A DNA stretch of 64,000 nt from a virus (taxonomy: Duplodnaviria; Caudoviricetes), in IMG/VR virus record IMGVR_UViG_3300031974_004051, positions 1,991 through 65,990 of that record; one strand, written 5' to 3'. This document shows, in pieces, positions 1 to 9,413 of this stretch. The position numbers and the translations under genes are program-made. The notes under the pieces are model-generated. The model did not search any database and was not told where the DNA came from. It worked only from the letters and a program-made list of their open reading frames with translations. Each line of letters begins with the position of its first letter. Positions within the stretch are counted from its first letter, which is position 1.

Positions 1-1
1 T

Positions 2-832
2 GGGGATGAATTAGGTAAAGGAGATAATAATGGTAGAATTGGTAGTAATAGTGATATAACTAATAGAAACGAATCTTTAGGAAGAAATAAATACGGACCT
101 AATTTTGGGTATGGGATAGAAAATCCGAATGCAATTTCAGATGGGGACGAGTTCGGTAGAGGTGAGAACAGAGGTCAGATAGGTACATTTACAGATATAA
201 ACCAAAGACAAGAACACATCAAGAGAAATACATACACATCAAGTGACTCATACAGTTCTAATCACCCAAATGCGATCTCTGATGGAGATGAATTAGGAAA
301 AGGCGATAACAATGGTAAAGTAGGTGGATTAACGGATAACCAAACGAGAATTGATAATATAAGTCGTAATTTTTATAACGACCAAAATGGTTATGGTGTA
401 AATCACCGAAATGCATTATCTGATGGAGATGATAAAGGGAAGGGTGAGAATAACCAAAATATTGGTTCACTAACAGATATCAATACAAGAACCGATCTTC
501 TAACAAGAAATCAATACAACAACGACCAAAATGGTTATGGTGTAAATCATCCAAATGCGATATCGGATGGGGATGAAAAAGGTAAAGGTGATAATAACGG
601 TAAAGTAGGTGGGTTGACTGATGTTAACACTAGATTAGATAATAAAGCCAGAAATATCTACAACGATCAAAATGGTTATGGTCTAACACACCCTAACGCC
701 ATTTCTGATGGAGACGAGAAGGGACGAGCAGAAAATAATAATAAGATAGGTACACTAACCGATATAAAAGAAAGAACACAACATATAGGGAGAAACAACT
801 ATAATAGTTCAAATGGTTATCCTGATTTTTAA
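2..832 (+). CDS. 5'-truncated repeat protein with at least 6 tandem ~47-aa repeats (HPNAISDGDExGKGxNNxxIGxxTDI...RNxY)
   Basis: Frame 2 is open from the window start to TAA at 830-832; the ORF track shows only the last 72 aa. GDE codons recur at about 2, 143, 284, 425, 569 and 710. Confidence 0.85.
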   Translation, partial: GDELGKGDNNGRIGSNSDITNRNESLGRNKYGPNFGYGIENPNAISDGDEFGRGENRGQIGTFTDINQRQEHIKRNTYTSSDSYSSNHPNAISDGDELGKGDNNGKVGGLTDNQTRIDNISRNFYNDQNGYGVNHRNALSDGDDKGKGENNQNIGSLTDINTRTDLLTRNQYNNDQNGYGVNHPNAISDGDEKGKGDNNGKVGGLTDVNTRLDNKARNIYNDQNGYGLTHPNAISDGDEKGRAENNNKIGTLTDIKERTQHIGRNNYNSSNGYPDF

Positions 833-1521
833 TGAAATTATTTAAGGACATATATAAATTTTTGATTGGAGAACAGTCGGAACCCAAACTACCAAGTAGA
901 CCACGGGCGATCGCCAATGCAATTAAAAAGAGACACCCAATATCCTTTTTTTACAATGGTCCTCGAGGGGAGGTACAACCAGGTCGACGTATAAAAGCGG
1001 AGATGGTTGCATTAGGTTTATCTAAAAAAGGTAAAATGATTGTGAGAGCATGGGTACAACCCCCATCAAGGTCTAAGACGGGTTTTGAAAAGAATAATTG
1101 GAGAACTTTCATTCTTTCAAGAATGAGTCAAATAGAAATTTTTGATCAGGAAACATTCGACCAAAAAAGACCCGGATATAAAGAAGGTGATGATAACTCT
1201 ATGACGGTAACATATGTAACTTCAGATTGGTCCTCTACACCTGAACCCGAGGTTGAACCTCAACCACAACCCGAACCTGCAACTGAACCACAACCCGAAC
1301 CTGCAACTGACACACAACCTGAACCAGAATCTGAACCATCAGCTGAACCTCAATCAAATGAACTACCTCAACCTGAACCAGAAAATAGACCAAGTATTGA
1401 ACCACCTAGAGTCGATAACGACCAAGCTAACGACCAAGATAACGACGAAGATGAAGAAGATAATAACTATGATGGTCTAAATGAAGATATTAAAAGAATA
1501 AAGAAATTACTTTATAATTAA
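832..1521 (+). CDS. WYL-like domain protein with Pro/Glu-rich linker
   Basis: ISFFY...RRI...LG...VRAW...WRTFILSRM matches the WYL pattern (xRxFRLDRI); PEPQ/PEPA repeats at about 1240-1410. Confidence 0.65.
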   Translation: MKLFKDIYKFLIGEQSEPKLPSRPRAIANAIKKRHPISFFYNGPRGEVQPGRRIKAEMVALGLSKKGKMIVRAWVQPPSRSKTGFEKNNWRTFILSRMSQIEIFDQETFDQKRPGYKEGDDNSMTVTYVTSDWSSTPEPEVEPQPQPEPATEPQPEPATDTQPEPESEPSAEPQSNELPQPEPENRPSIEPPRVDNDQANDQDNDEDEEDNNYDGLNEDIKRIKKLLYN

Positions 1522-1557
1522 TAATAATATACTTATATTTTATATAAATTAAAAAAT

Positions 1558-2148
1558 ATGTCAGATAAAAAAGGTACTATAAACGAAAACGATCTAATGC
1601 AGAGATTGGTGGGTGCAAAGAAAGTAATGAACGCCGTTGACGGTAAAACATATAAAACGGGTAATATCGACCCCACTGCATTAACACAATCTAACGATAA
1701 ATTAGTTTCTCAAGTACCAACAACAAATCCAAACTTAAAGAAACCTGTTGGGTCTAACGTTGTCAATGAGGATAAAATAAGAAACTCTAAATTACCTGAT
1801 TCAATCAAAGAGGCAATGATTAAAAACCCAATACCAACGATGGATGAAATATCGTTAAGTGATGGTTTAGATATGTCATTTGTTGAAGGTGCAAAAAAAC
1901 TTATGGAAAGAGAAGGTCTGACAAAAAAACAACCTCAACAAACAATTCAACAACCCACACAAAACACTTCAGATTTGAAGTCCCTTATAAAAGAAACCAT
2001 CAAAGATACTTTGGAGGAGATAGTGGATAGAAAATTAGAATTAATACTTACAGCTTCAAAAACTGCGTCTGTTAATGAAACATTAGTATTAAAAGTGGGT
2101 GATTCAATATTCAAAGGTAAAATTACTGGCGTAAATAAAGCAAAATAA
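1558..2148 (+). CDS. hypothetical protein
   Basis: 196-aa ORF with an A-rich leader, in the gene run. Confidence 0.7.
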   Translation: MSDKKGTINENDLMQRLVGAKKVMNAVDGKTYKTGNIDPTALTQSNDKLVSQVPTTNPNLKKPVGSNVVNEDKIRNSKLPDSIKEAMIKNPIPTMDEISLSDGLDMSFVEGAKKLMEREGLTKKQPQQTIQQPTQNTSDLKSLIKETIKDTLEEIVDRKLELILTASKTASVNETLVLKVGDSIFKGKITGVNKAK

Positions 2149-2151
2149 GGA

Positions 2152-2182
2152 TTGATTTCCTTATTTTATTTTCTTATATTTT
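2152..2182 (+). promoter_or_regulatory. Bacteroidota sigmaA-type promoter (-33/-7)
   Basis: TTG(2152)-N20-TATATTTT(2175) upstream of the GT gene. Confidence 0.55.
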
Positions 2183-2200
2183 GATATATAGTTAGAATAT

Positions 2201-3433
2201 ATGTCAAAGATTAAGATACTCGCAATACCATCAGATTCACATGGTGTTGGGAAATACAGAATTATTGATCCATACACTTTTATTGGAGATAAGTACTCAG
2301 ATGAGGTGCATGTTGATATTGTATTTGATGTACCTGATCAAGACGATTACTTCACAAAATACGACATTGTTGTATTCCATTCATTCATCCACAAAAATAG
2401 TCATGAACAAAATATTAAAAGGATTAAATGGTTAAAAACTAACGGTATTAAAGTCATCATGGATACGGATGACTTTTGGAGAGTTGACCAAAGACATCCA
2501 AACTATGAAACTTTTCAAAGAGGTGAGTTGGCCAAAAAACGTGTAGAATTATTAAGGTTATCTGACCATATAACAACCACAACTCCCATATACGCTAACA
2601 CAATTAAACAACTGTTAGGTTTAAAGAATATTTCTATTTTCCCAAATGCGGTTAATGAGAATGAACCGCAATTTCAATCTAAACCAATAAAATCAGATAA
2701 AGTTAGATTTGGTTGGTTAGGTGGTTCTTCACATCTTCACGATATTGAACTCATGAAAAGTGGTATTTCTATGATTCAAAACCAATATAAAGATAAAACT
2801 CAATTTGTCTTGTGTGGTTTTGACTTAAGAGGAAATATGAGAGAGATTAATAAATTGACGGGTGAAGTCAACACCCGACCAATAAAACCTAATGAAACTG
2901 TTTGGTATAAGTATGAAAAAATATTTACTAACGACTATAAAAGTTTAGATCCAAATTATACTTCCTACCTCAACACATGGACTAAGAATCCATATGAAGG
3001 TGAATTCGATCAACCATATGTGAGAAGATGGACGTTAGATATAAACAAATATGCATCAAATTACAACTATTTCGATATATCGTTAGCACCATTAGTAAAG
3101 AGTGAGTTTAATAAAAATAAATCTCAGTTAAAGGTAATCGAAGCGGGTTTCCATAAGAAAGCGTTAATCGCAACTCAAGAAGACCCTTACACCATTGATC
3201 TTATTGATAGTTTCGACAGGGGAGTTTTTAAAGAGAATGGAAATGCTTTATTAGTGAAAACTTCAAAGAACCATAAACAATGGGCTCAACAAATGAAAAG
3301 ATTAATTGAAAATCCGAATTTGATTGAAGACTTGGGTAATAAATTATATGAAACAGTAAAAGACAAATATTCCCTCTCTACTGTTTCTAAAAATAGAGTG
3401 GAATTATTTAAAACAATTATAAATAAAAATTAA
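2201..3433 (+). CDS. GT-B (GT4-like) glycosyltransferase
   Basis: DTDDFW, FGWLGGSSHLHD, DISLAPL..FNKNKSQLKVIEAG motifs. Confidence 0.8.
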   Translation: MSKIKILAIPSDSHGVGKYRIIDPYTFIGDKYSDEVHVDIVFDVPDQDDYFTKYDIVVFHSFIHKNSHEQNIKRIKWLKTNGIKVIMDTDDFWRVDQRHPNYETFQRGELAKKRVELLRLSDHITTTTPIYANTIKQLLGLKNISIFPNAVNENEPQFQSKPIKSDKVRFGWLGGSSHLHDIELMKSGISMIQNQYKDKTQFVLCGFDLRGNMREINKLTGEVNTRPIKPNETVWYKYEKIFTNDYKSLDPNYTSYLNTWTKNPYEGEFDQPYVRRWTLDINKYASNYNYFDISLAPLVKSEFNKNKSQLKVIEAGFHKKALIATQEDPYTIDLIDSFDRGVFKENGNALLVKTSKNHKQWAQQMKRLIENPNLIEDLGNKLYETVKDKYSLSTVSKNRVELFKTIINKN

Positions 3434-3437
3434 AATT

Positions 3438-3671
3438 ATGTATTATTTAGCAACCGTAGGTTATGAAACAGAACAATTGGACAGAAATGGTAATCCGAGA
3501 GTTCAAAAAGTTAAGTATGTCGTAGAAGCAGAATCTGTAGAAGAAGCGACAATTGTTTTGGCCAATTATAGAAAAGAAGATATGAGGTCAAGTGAAAGTA
3601 TTTCTATCGCCAAAATGGCAATAGAATGTGTTATCGATTCAAAAATTACACCAGAATATTATAAAGGTTAA
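3438..3671 (+). CDS. DUF4494-like small protein
   Basis: Y...V.YE....NG...KVKYVVEAESVEEA resembles the Bacteroidota DUF4494 family. Confidence 0.55.
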   Translation: MYYLATVGYETEQLDRNGNPRVQKVKYVVEAESVEEATIVLANYRKEDMRSSESISIAKMAIECVIDSKITPEYYKG

Positions 3672-3673
3672 TT

Positions 3674-4234
3674 ATGTTAAATAAAGAACAAATAGAAAGA
3701 AATAAGAGTAAATTACTCGAAACATCGGAAAAATATGGGATACTAAATGAAGGTCTTTTAGAATATTTAGGTGAAGATCTTTTTACGTCCCCCGCATCCA
3801 CATCTTTAGATATGTACGGTGCATACCCCGGTGGTTTACTTGAACATATTTTTATCGCGTCAAAATACGCGGTCAAAGTCAATTCAATACTTCCCGAAAA
3901 TTTACAACAAGACGTTTCAAGTATTTTAAAATGTACAATTCTTTCTCAAATAGGAAAAGTATTTCTATTTAAACCAAACGAAAGTGAATGGCACAGAACA
4001 AAACTCGGTAAGATGTATGAATTTAATGACGATTTAGTTTCAATGAGAGTTGGTGAAAGATCATCTTACTATTGTTCTAAATTTGGAGTCACACTTACAG
4101 AAGAAGAATATCAAACAATTGTCAACTCTGATAAGGGCGATGACGATTTACAGTCCAAGTACCATTCAACACCATTAGCTCAAATTGTAAAACAAGGATT
4201 TGAATTAGCAATATTTGAACAAAAACATGGATGA
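3674..4234 (+). CDS. degenerate HD-domain protein
   Basis: PAST...AYPGGLLEH is typical of phage HD proteins, but the HD motif reads LSQIGK. Confidence 0.6.
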   Translation: MLNKEQIERNKSKLLETSEKYGILNEGLLEYLGEDLFTSPASTSLDMYGAYPGGLLEHIFIASKYAVKVNSILPENLQQDVSSILKCTILSQIGKVFLFKPNESEWHRTKLGKMYEFNDDLVSMRVGERSSYYCSKFGVTLTEEEYQTIVNSDKGDDDLQSKYHSTPLAQIVKQGFELAIFEQKHG

Positions 4235-4838
4235 AAAGATTCTAAGATCATATCTCGAAAAATTAGAGAATTTTGAGGAAGTTTTAGGTAACACAGATGA
4301 GGGTGAAGTCGATGATAAGTTTATACAAGACATTGAAAATACCTTATCTCAGTTAAGTAGTGATGTTGGTGCGCATGTAAATTCACAAAGTGACTTACAG
4401 GGTTTCGGTATAAATGTAAAAATAAAACTTATTGATCCTGAAGCTAAATTACCATCATATTCAAAGGATGGTGATGGGTGTGTTGATCTTCATTGTATAT
4501 CGTATGAAATCAATGAACAAACTAATCAGATAACATACAAAACAGGAATTGCATTAGAAATACCACCAAACTACGTTGGATTGGTATTTCCAAGATCATC
4601 AATTAGAAGAACACGACTTTCTTTAAGTAATAGTGTTGGAGTAATTGATAGTGGGTATAGAGGTGAAATAATCGCCACATTTAACATGACAAATTCAACT
4701 GATACAACGATTTATGAAAAAGGTGAAAGAATATGTCAACTTATGATCCTACCATACCCAAAAATAAACTTTATCCCGACTGATGACTTATCAGACACCT
4801 CTCGTGGGACTGGTGGTTTTGGGTCGACGGGTAAATAA
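4227..4838 (+). CDS. dut: trimeric dUTPase with acidic N-terminal extension
   Basis: PRSS, NSVGVIDSGYRGEI, GERICQL and RGTGGFGSTG motifs; ATG at 4227. Confidence 0.95.
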   Translation: MDEKILRSYLEKLENFEEVLGNTDEGEVDDKFIQDIENTLSQLSSDVGAHVNSQSDLQGFGINVKIKLIDPEAKLPSYSKDGDGCVDLHCISYEINEQTNQITYKTGIALEIPPNYVGLVFPRSSIRRTRLSLSNSVGVIDSGYRGEIIATFNMTNSTDTTIYEKGERICQLMILPYPKINFIPTDDLSDTSRGTGGFGSTGK

Positions 4839-4855
4839 ATTTTTATAAATAATTA

Positions 4856-5551
4856 ATGGCTCGAAGAACAGGAGAAAAGAGGTTAACACACAAACAAAGA
4901 ATTAGAGAAATTTTTAAAAAACCTCGAGAAAAATTTTTAACAGAATCTCAAAAAGAGTATTGGGATGTTTTAGATAAAAACGAAATAACTTTATGTTTTG
5001 GACCCGCGGGTGTTGGTAAATCATATATTGCCATGAAAAAAGCGGTGGACCTTTTACATGACGAGAATAATAAATACGAAAAAATTATTATCGTTAGACC
5101 AGCAGTGGAGGCTGAAGAAAAATTAGGTTCCCTACCTGGTGGTTTAGAAGAAAAATTAGATCCATATATTTTTCCATCGTATTATCTTCTAAATAAGATT
5201 ATTGGAAAAGATTGTAGGGAAAAACTAAAAGATGAAGGATTTATAGAAGTTGCGGCACTTGCATATATGAGAGGATGGAATGTCGATAATACAATCTTAG
5301 TATTTGAAGAGGCACAGAACGCGACACCTGCACAAATAAAATTACTATTAACTCGAATTGGTTTTAATTCTAAATTCTTCATTTCGGGAGACTTAGAACA
5401 ATCTGATAAATTTAAAGACATTACAAGAAGTGGATTGTACGACGCAAAGGTAAGATTAGATGGTCTTAACCATGTCGGTATTCATGAATTCGGAACAGAA
5501 GACATTGTGAGAAACCCATTAATTAGTCAAATCTTAAAAAGATACGATTAA
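4856..5551 (+). CDS. phoH: PhoH family ATPase
   Basis: GPAGVGKS, RPAVEA, LPG, YMRG, EEAQN, GDLEQSD, DIVRNPL motifs. Confidence 0.95.
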   Translation: MARRTGEKRLTHKQRIREIFKKPREKFLTESQKEYWDVLDKNEITLCFGPAGVGKSYIAMKKAVDLLHDENNKYEKIIIVRPAVEAEEKLGSLPGGLEEKLDPYIFPSYYLLNKIIGKDCREKLKDEGFIEVAALAYMRGWNVDNTILVFEEAQNATPAQIKLLLTRIGFNSKFFISGDLEQSDKFKDITRSGLYDAKVRLDGLNHVGIHEFGTEDIVRNPLISQILKRYD

Positions 5552-5586
5552 CTTTACTTATAATATTTTATTTATTATATTTTATT

Positions 5587-6237
5587 ATGGAGATTTTTAT
5601 CAGTATAGATGGTGTTTTAAGGAATACAATTGCAAAATTTGATTACCACTACAAAGATTATTACTTAGATTCTGAACCTGAAGAAAAGACGGAGGAGGAA
5701 AATAAGTTTGAATATGGTGTCATCGAACCTGTAAAAAACAATTTTTTACTCGAGAGTTATAAATTCCAATCAAAAGAAGAATTCGATAATTTTACTTTCA
5801 TTGATTACTCAGTCGAAATTTTTGGTCACTCAAATCCGAGTTATCAAAATGTGTTTTTTGAACTTAATAATTTAATTTATCAAAACAAAGAACACAATTT
5901 TACTTTAGTGGGATTGGACCAATTAGGTAAATCTAAACCATCGACTCTTTTCTTTTTATCTAAGAATGGGTTTATGGGTAATAATGTAAAATTTACAATG
6001 TCCTCAGAGATACCGAACCTATGGAAAAAATGTGATCTATGGATTACAGACTCCCAACCAATCATCGACTCAGTACCAAAAAATAAGAAGGTTGTCAAGT
6101 TTAATACTGACTATAACCAACACTTTACAAATAGTTTAGAAATACATAAATTAACAGAAATAGATAAAACATGGTTGAAATCTTCGGAGAATATTATTAT
6201 ATCAACACTAACAAAATTGTTGAATGTTGCGAAATAA
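5587..6237 (+). CDS. HAD/5'(3')-nucleotidase-like protein with degenerate motif I
   Basis: IFISIDGVLRN (SxD instead of DxD), KPSTLFFLSK, DLWITD, FNTDYN. Confidence 0.6.
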   Translation: MEIFISIDGVLRNTIAKFDYHYKDYYLDSEPEEKTEEENKFEYGVIEPVKNNFLLESYKFQSKEEFDNFTFIDYSVEIFGHSNPSYQNVFFELNNLIYQNKEHNFTLVGLDQLGKSKPSTLFFLSKNGFMGNNVKFTMSSEIPNLWKKCDLWITDSQPIIDSVPKNKKVVKFNTDYNQHFTNSLEIHKLTEIDKTWLKSSENIIISTLTKLLNVAK

Positions 6238-6461
6238 ACTATGAAGCAATTAAAAGTAGTGACGAGAAACCAGTTCAAATAGAACAAACAATAAATGTGT
6301 TTAAATATGATACAATAAAACAATGTATTGATACTATACTTACTGAAAACTTACAAGACGATAATGGATTAGGTCTTTTAAATAGTGAGTTATCAATACC
6401 ATTTAAGTTTGCATTTAACACATTGATAAAATATGGGATATTAGTTAAAATAGATGAGTGA
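6171..6461 (+). CDS. hypothetical protein
   Basis: 96-aa ORF overlapping neighbours in an operon-like run. Confidence 0.65.
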   Translation: MVEIFGEYYYINTNKIVECCEINYEAIKSSDEKPVQIEQTINVFKYDTIKQCIDTILTENLQDDNGLGLLNSELSIPFKFAFNTLIKYGILVKIDE

Positions 6462-7524
6462 AGAAAACAAACAAAATATTGACAGATTAGAAGAAGCTGT
6501 CGGTAGATTAGAGAGTAAAAAAAATAAAATATACTTTCTAACTTATGATACAAAAAATAACGCACGTGCTGCGATAAAATACATTTATGACACCGTTGAT
6601 ACTTTAAGAAATGAAGGGTACGATGCTAAAATTTTAGTAGAGGATAAGAACTATGGTGGTGTAAAGTCTTGGTTGGGTGATCGATACTCAGAAATACCGG
6701 TTGTAACAATCAAAGAAGATAAGGTACAAATGGGTATTGATGATATCTTAGTTGTACCCGAATACTACTCCAACGTCTTAGAACAACTTTCTAATGTTAA
6801 GTGTACTAAAGTGATGTTGGTACAACAAGCGGAATATATCTTCGAAACATTACCTGTAGGTAGTAGATGGAGTGATTACGGTTTTGATAAAGTAATAACC
6901 ACAACTGAGACATCTAAAAAATATATTCAGTCAATATTCCCCGAATCTTTGATTTTTATCAATCCACCTAAAATTGGTGAAGTTTTCGGTGAGTCTGATA
7001 AACCAACAAAACCATTTATTGCGATAAGTGCGAGAGATAGGGGACAACACAGAAGAATTATTTCTGAATTTTACCTAAAATATCCTCAGTTAAGATGGGT
7101 TACCTTCAAAGACATGGTTCAAATGACATATACTGAATTTTCTGACCAACTAAAAGAATGTGTATGTTCTGTTTGGTTAGACGATGATTCAACTTTTGGT
7201 ACGTTCCCACTTGAATCAATGAAGTGTGGTGTACCAGTAATTGGAAAAATACCAACAAGAGAACCTGAATGGTTAGATGAGAACGGTATGTGGACTTACG
7301 ATTTGAACAAAATTGTAGAGTTAATCGGGACTTATGTGTTAGCATGGTTAGAGGGTGTAACGATTACGGAAGAGGTTAAGGATAAGATGAAAGAAACTCT
7401 TCTTCCTTATACCGATGATATAATCGATAATAATGTTCTATCAATCTTTAGTTCTCTAAACTCAAGTAGACGTAAAGATATTGGTGAGGCATTAGATAAA
7501 TTAAAAGAAAAAGAAACAGTATGA
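6454..7524 (+). CDS. GT-B glycosyltransferase-like protein
   Basis: DILVVPEYY, STFGTFPLESMKCGVPVIG motif. Confidence 0.7.
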   Translation: MSEENKQNIDRLEEAVGRLESKKNKIYFLTYDTKNNARAAIKYIYDTVDTLRNEGYDAKILVEDKNYGGVKSWLGDRYSEIPVVTIKEDKVQMGIDDILVVPEYYSNVLEQLSNVKCTKVMLVQQAEYIFETLPVGSRWSDYGFDKVITTTETSKKYIQSIFPESLIFINPPKIGEVFGESDKPTKPFIAISARDRGQHRRIISEFYLKYPQLRWVTFKDMVQMTYTEFSDQLKECVCSVWLDDDSTFGTFPLESMKCGVPVIGKIPTREPEWLDENGMWTYDLNKIVELIGTYVLAWLEGVTITEEVKDKMKETLLPYTDDIIDNNVLSIFSSLNSSRRKDIGEALDKLKEKETV

Positions 7525-8306
7525 AAGATATAACAGTAATATTACCGATACATAAATTCGATGACATTTATAGAGAAATGTTTGCGAAAGCGGTATCATC
7601 AGTTGAGGTTTTCCACGATGATGTTACACTTTCTATTGTTGGTCCCAAAAGTGCAGTAGGAGATTTGACAAAAGAAGGGATTAGTGATAAGTTAGATGTT
7701 AATATACACATTAATGAAGGGGAAACTGATTTCTGTTCACAAATAAATTTAGGTATTGAGAAATGTGAAACAACTTGGTTCTCAATCTTAGAAATAGACG
7801 ATGAGTACACACCAAATTGGTTACCATCGTTCAATAAATACCAATCTCTATTCCCTGATGCGGACATATACCTACCAATCGTTAAGGACGTAAATTCTGA
7901 AGGTAAATTAGTTAGTTTTACCAATGAATCGGTTTGGGCTTATGGTTTCACAGAAACACAAGGTGTGTTAGAAAATGAAGTTCTATTAGATTACCAAAAC
8001 TATCAAACTAGTGGTGGTTTATACAAAACTGAGTTAGTGAAAGAGAATGGTTCGTTTAAAGACAATATAAAACTTACTTTTAGTTATGAATTTTTACTTA
8101 GATTAACTCACAATGGAGTAAAAATCGTAACAATACCACAAATTGGTTATAAACATGTAAACTTTAGGGAAGACTCTCTTTTTTGGTCTTATAAAAATGA
8201 TGATAGTGTAAAATTATCTTCTGATGAACCTAAATTTTGGTTAGAAACCGCTAAAAAAGAGTTTTTCTTTAAAAATAAAAGAGAGGTTGAATATATAGAA
8301 AATTAA
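7521..8306 (+). CDS. GT-A (GT2-like) glycosyltransferase
   Basis: ITVILPIH, INLGI, WFSILEIDDEY, YEFLLRL. Confidence 0.75.
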   Translation: MKDITVILPIHKFDDIYREMFAKAVSSVEVFHDDVTLSIVGPKSAVGDLTKEGISDKLDVNIHINEGETDFCSQINLGIEKCETTWFSILEIDDEYTPNWLPSFNKYQSLFPDADIYLPIVKDVNSEGKLVSFTNESVWAYGFTETQGVLENEVLLDYQNYQTSGGLYKTELVKENGSFKDNIKLTFSYEFLLRLTHNGVKIVTIPQIGYKHVNFREDSLFWSYKNDDSVKLSSDEPKFWLETAKKEFFFKNKREVEYIEN

Positions 8307-9007
8307 TGCCGAGAAAGCGAACCCAAAAAATGTATTTTGGGGAGGAGCAAGAAAAAGCGGTAGTACGATACTTAGAATCCGAAAACGAAGAAGAAAAGAA
8401 TAAGATATTCAACGAATATTTAAGAGAACCTCTCAAAATAATGGTGGAGAGTATAATCCGCCGTTACAAACTTTATAGAAAAGATTACGAATTTGAAGAA
8501 ATTCACACTGATACTATGTCATTTTTAATGACCAAGATCAGTAAATTCGATACAACCAAAAACTACAAGGCGTATTCGTATTTTGGGACAATCTGTAAAA
8601 ATTACCTTATGGGTACAATACAGAAAGACCAGAAACACACCAATAGATCTGTATCCTACGAAGACATCTCAACAAGACTTGAGGACAGGGCGGATCTTTC
8701 TTACATTATAGATGAAGAGATTATTGATTATAAAAATGTAGTCAATAAACTCACCGTAGAATTAGAAAAATTTGTCGAGGAAGAGGATCTGAACGAGAAC
8801 GAACAAAAGTTAGGTTATGCCCTAATAGAAGTTTTTGGAAATTTTGAAAAAGTTTTTCAGGTAGGTGAGGGTAATAAGTTCAATAAAAACCTAATTCTTT
8901 TAGCGTTAAGAGAGATGACATCGTTAACGACTAAAGAGATTAGAGTTGCGATGAAAAAATACAAAAAACTTTACGAAGCCCTTAAATTAGATTTTATAAA
9001 TAATTAG
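8306..9007 (+). CDS. phage sigma factor (T4 gp55-like late transcription factor)
   Basis: KFDTTKNYKAYSYFGTICKN corresponds to sigma region 2 (FD....K.AFSYF..I..N) of gp55-like proteins. Confidence 0.75.
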   Translation: MPRKRTQKMYFGEEQEKAVVRYLESENEEEKNKIFNEYLREPLKIMVESIIRRYKLYRKDYEFEEIHTDTMSFLMTKISKFDTTKNYKAYSYFGTICKNYLMGTIQKDQKHTNRSVSYEDISTRLEDRADLSYIIDEEIIDYKNVVNKLTVELEKFVEEEDLNENEQKLGYALIEVFGNFEKVFQVGEGNKFNKNLILLALREMTSLTTKEIRVAMKKYKKLYEALKLDFINN

Positions 9008-9015
9008 AAACAATC

Positions 9016-9023
9016 TATTTATA
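9016..9023 (+). promoter_or_regulatory. TATTTATA phage promoter box, 3 nt before ATG
   Basis: Recurrent motif upstream of structural genes; see findings. Confidence 0.6.
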
Positions 9024-9026
9024 GGT

Positions 9027-9413
9027 ATGAGAAGGAAAAAAAATTTATTATCGTTAGATACTGATTCCGCATTGTCACTAATGCAGGAAATTTACAATGA
9101 TATTGTAGAACAAAAACAGACTGCGAATATGATAACCAAGAAGATGTTAAGTTTCATGAAAGAAGCTGAGGACATGAGTGTTATCGGACCTGTAATTAAA
9201 GAACAACAGAAAATTTTAAATGATTGTACTGAAAAGAAAATATCATTAGTAAAGTTACAAAGTGCTCTTTTAAAACAAATTGGTGGAAGTGGACCTGCAC
9301 AGTCTGGTGGGAAGTTAGATCTTAGTGAGGAAGATAGAATCTTATTAGAAAAACTCATGAAAGAAGATGATGAATCTCCAAACTCAGGAGATACACAAAA
9401 ATACCAAATGTAA
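9027..9413 (+). CDS. hypothetical protein
   Basis: 128-aa ORF, TAATG coupling to the next gene. Confidence 0.7.
   Translation: MRRKKNLLSLDTDSALSLMQEIYNDIVEQKQTANMITKKMLSFMKEAEDMSVIGPVIKEQQKILNDCTEKKISLVKLQSALLKQIGGSGPAQSGGKLDLSEEDRILLEKLMKEDDESPNSGDTQKYQM

Noticed and set aside
1-830. Periodic DNA repeats as a CRISPR array
   Set aside because: Units are 141-144 nt, in frame and synonymously diverged, so this is a protein repeat; no constant repeat/unique spacer pattern.
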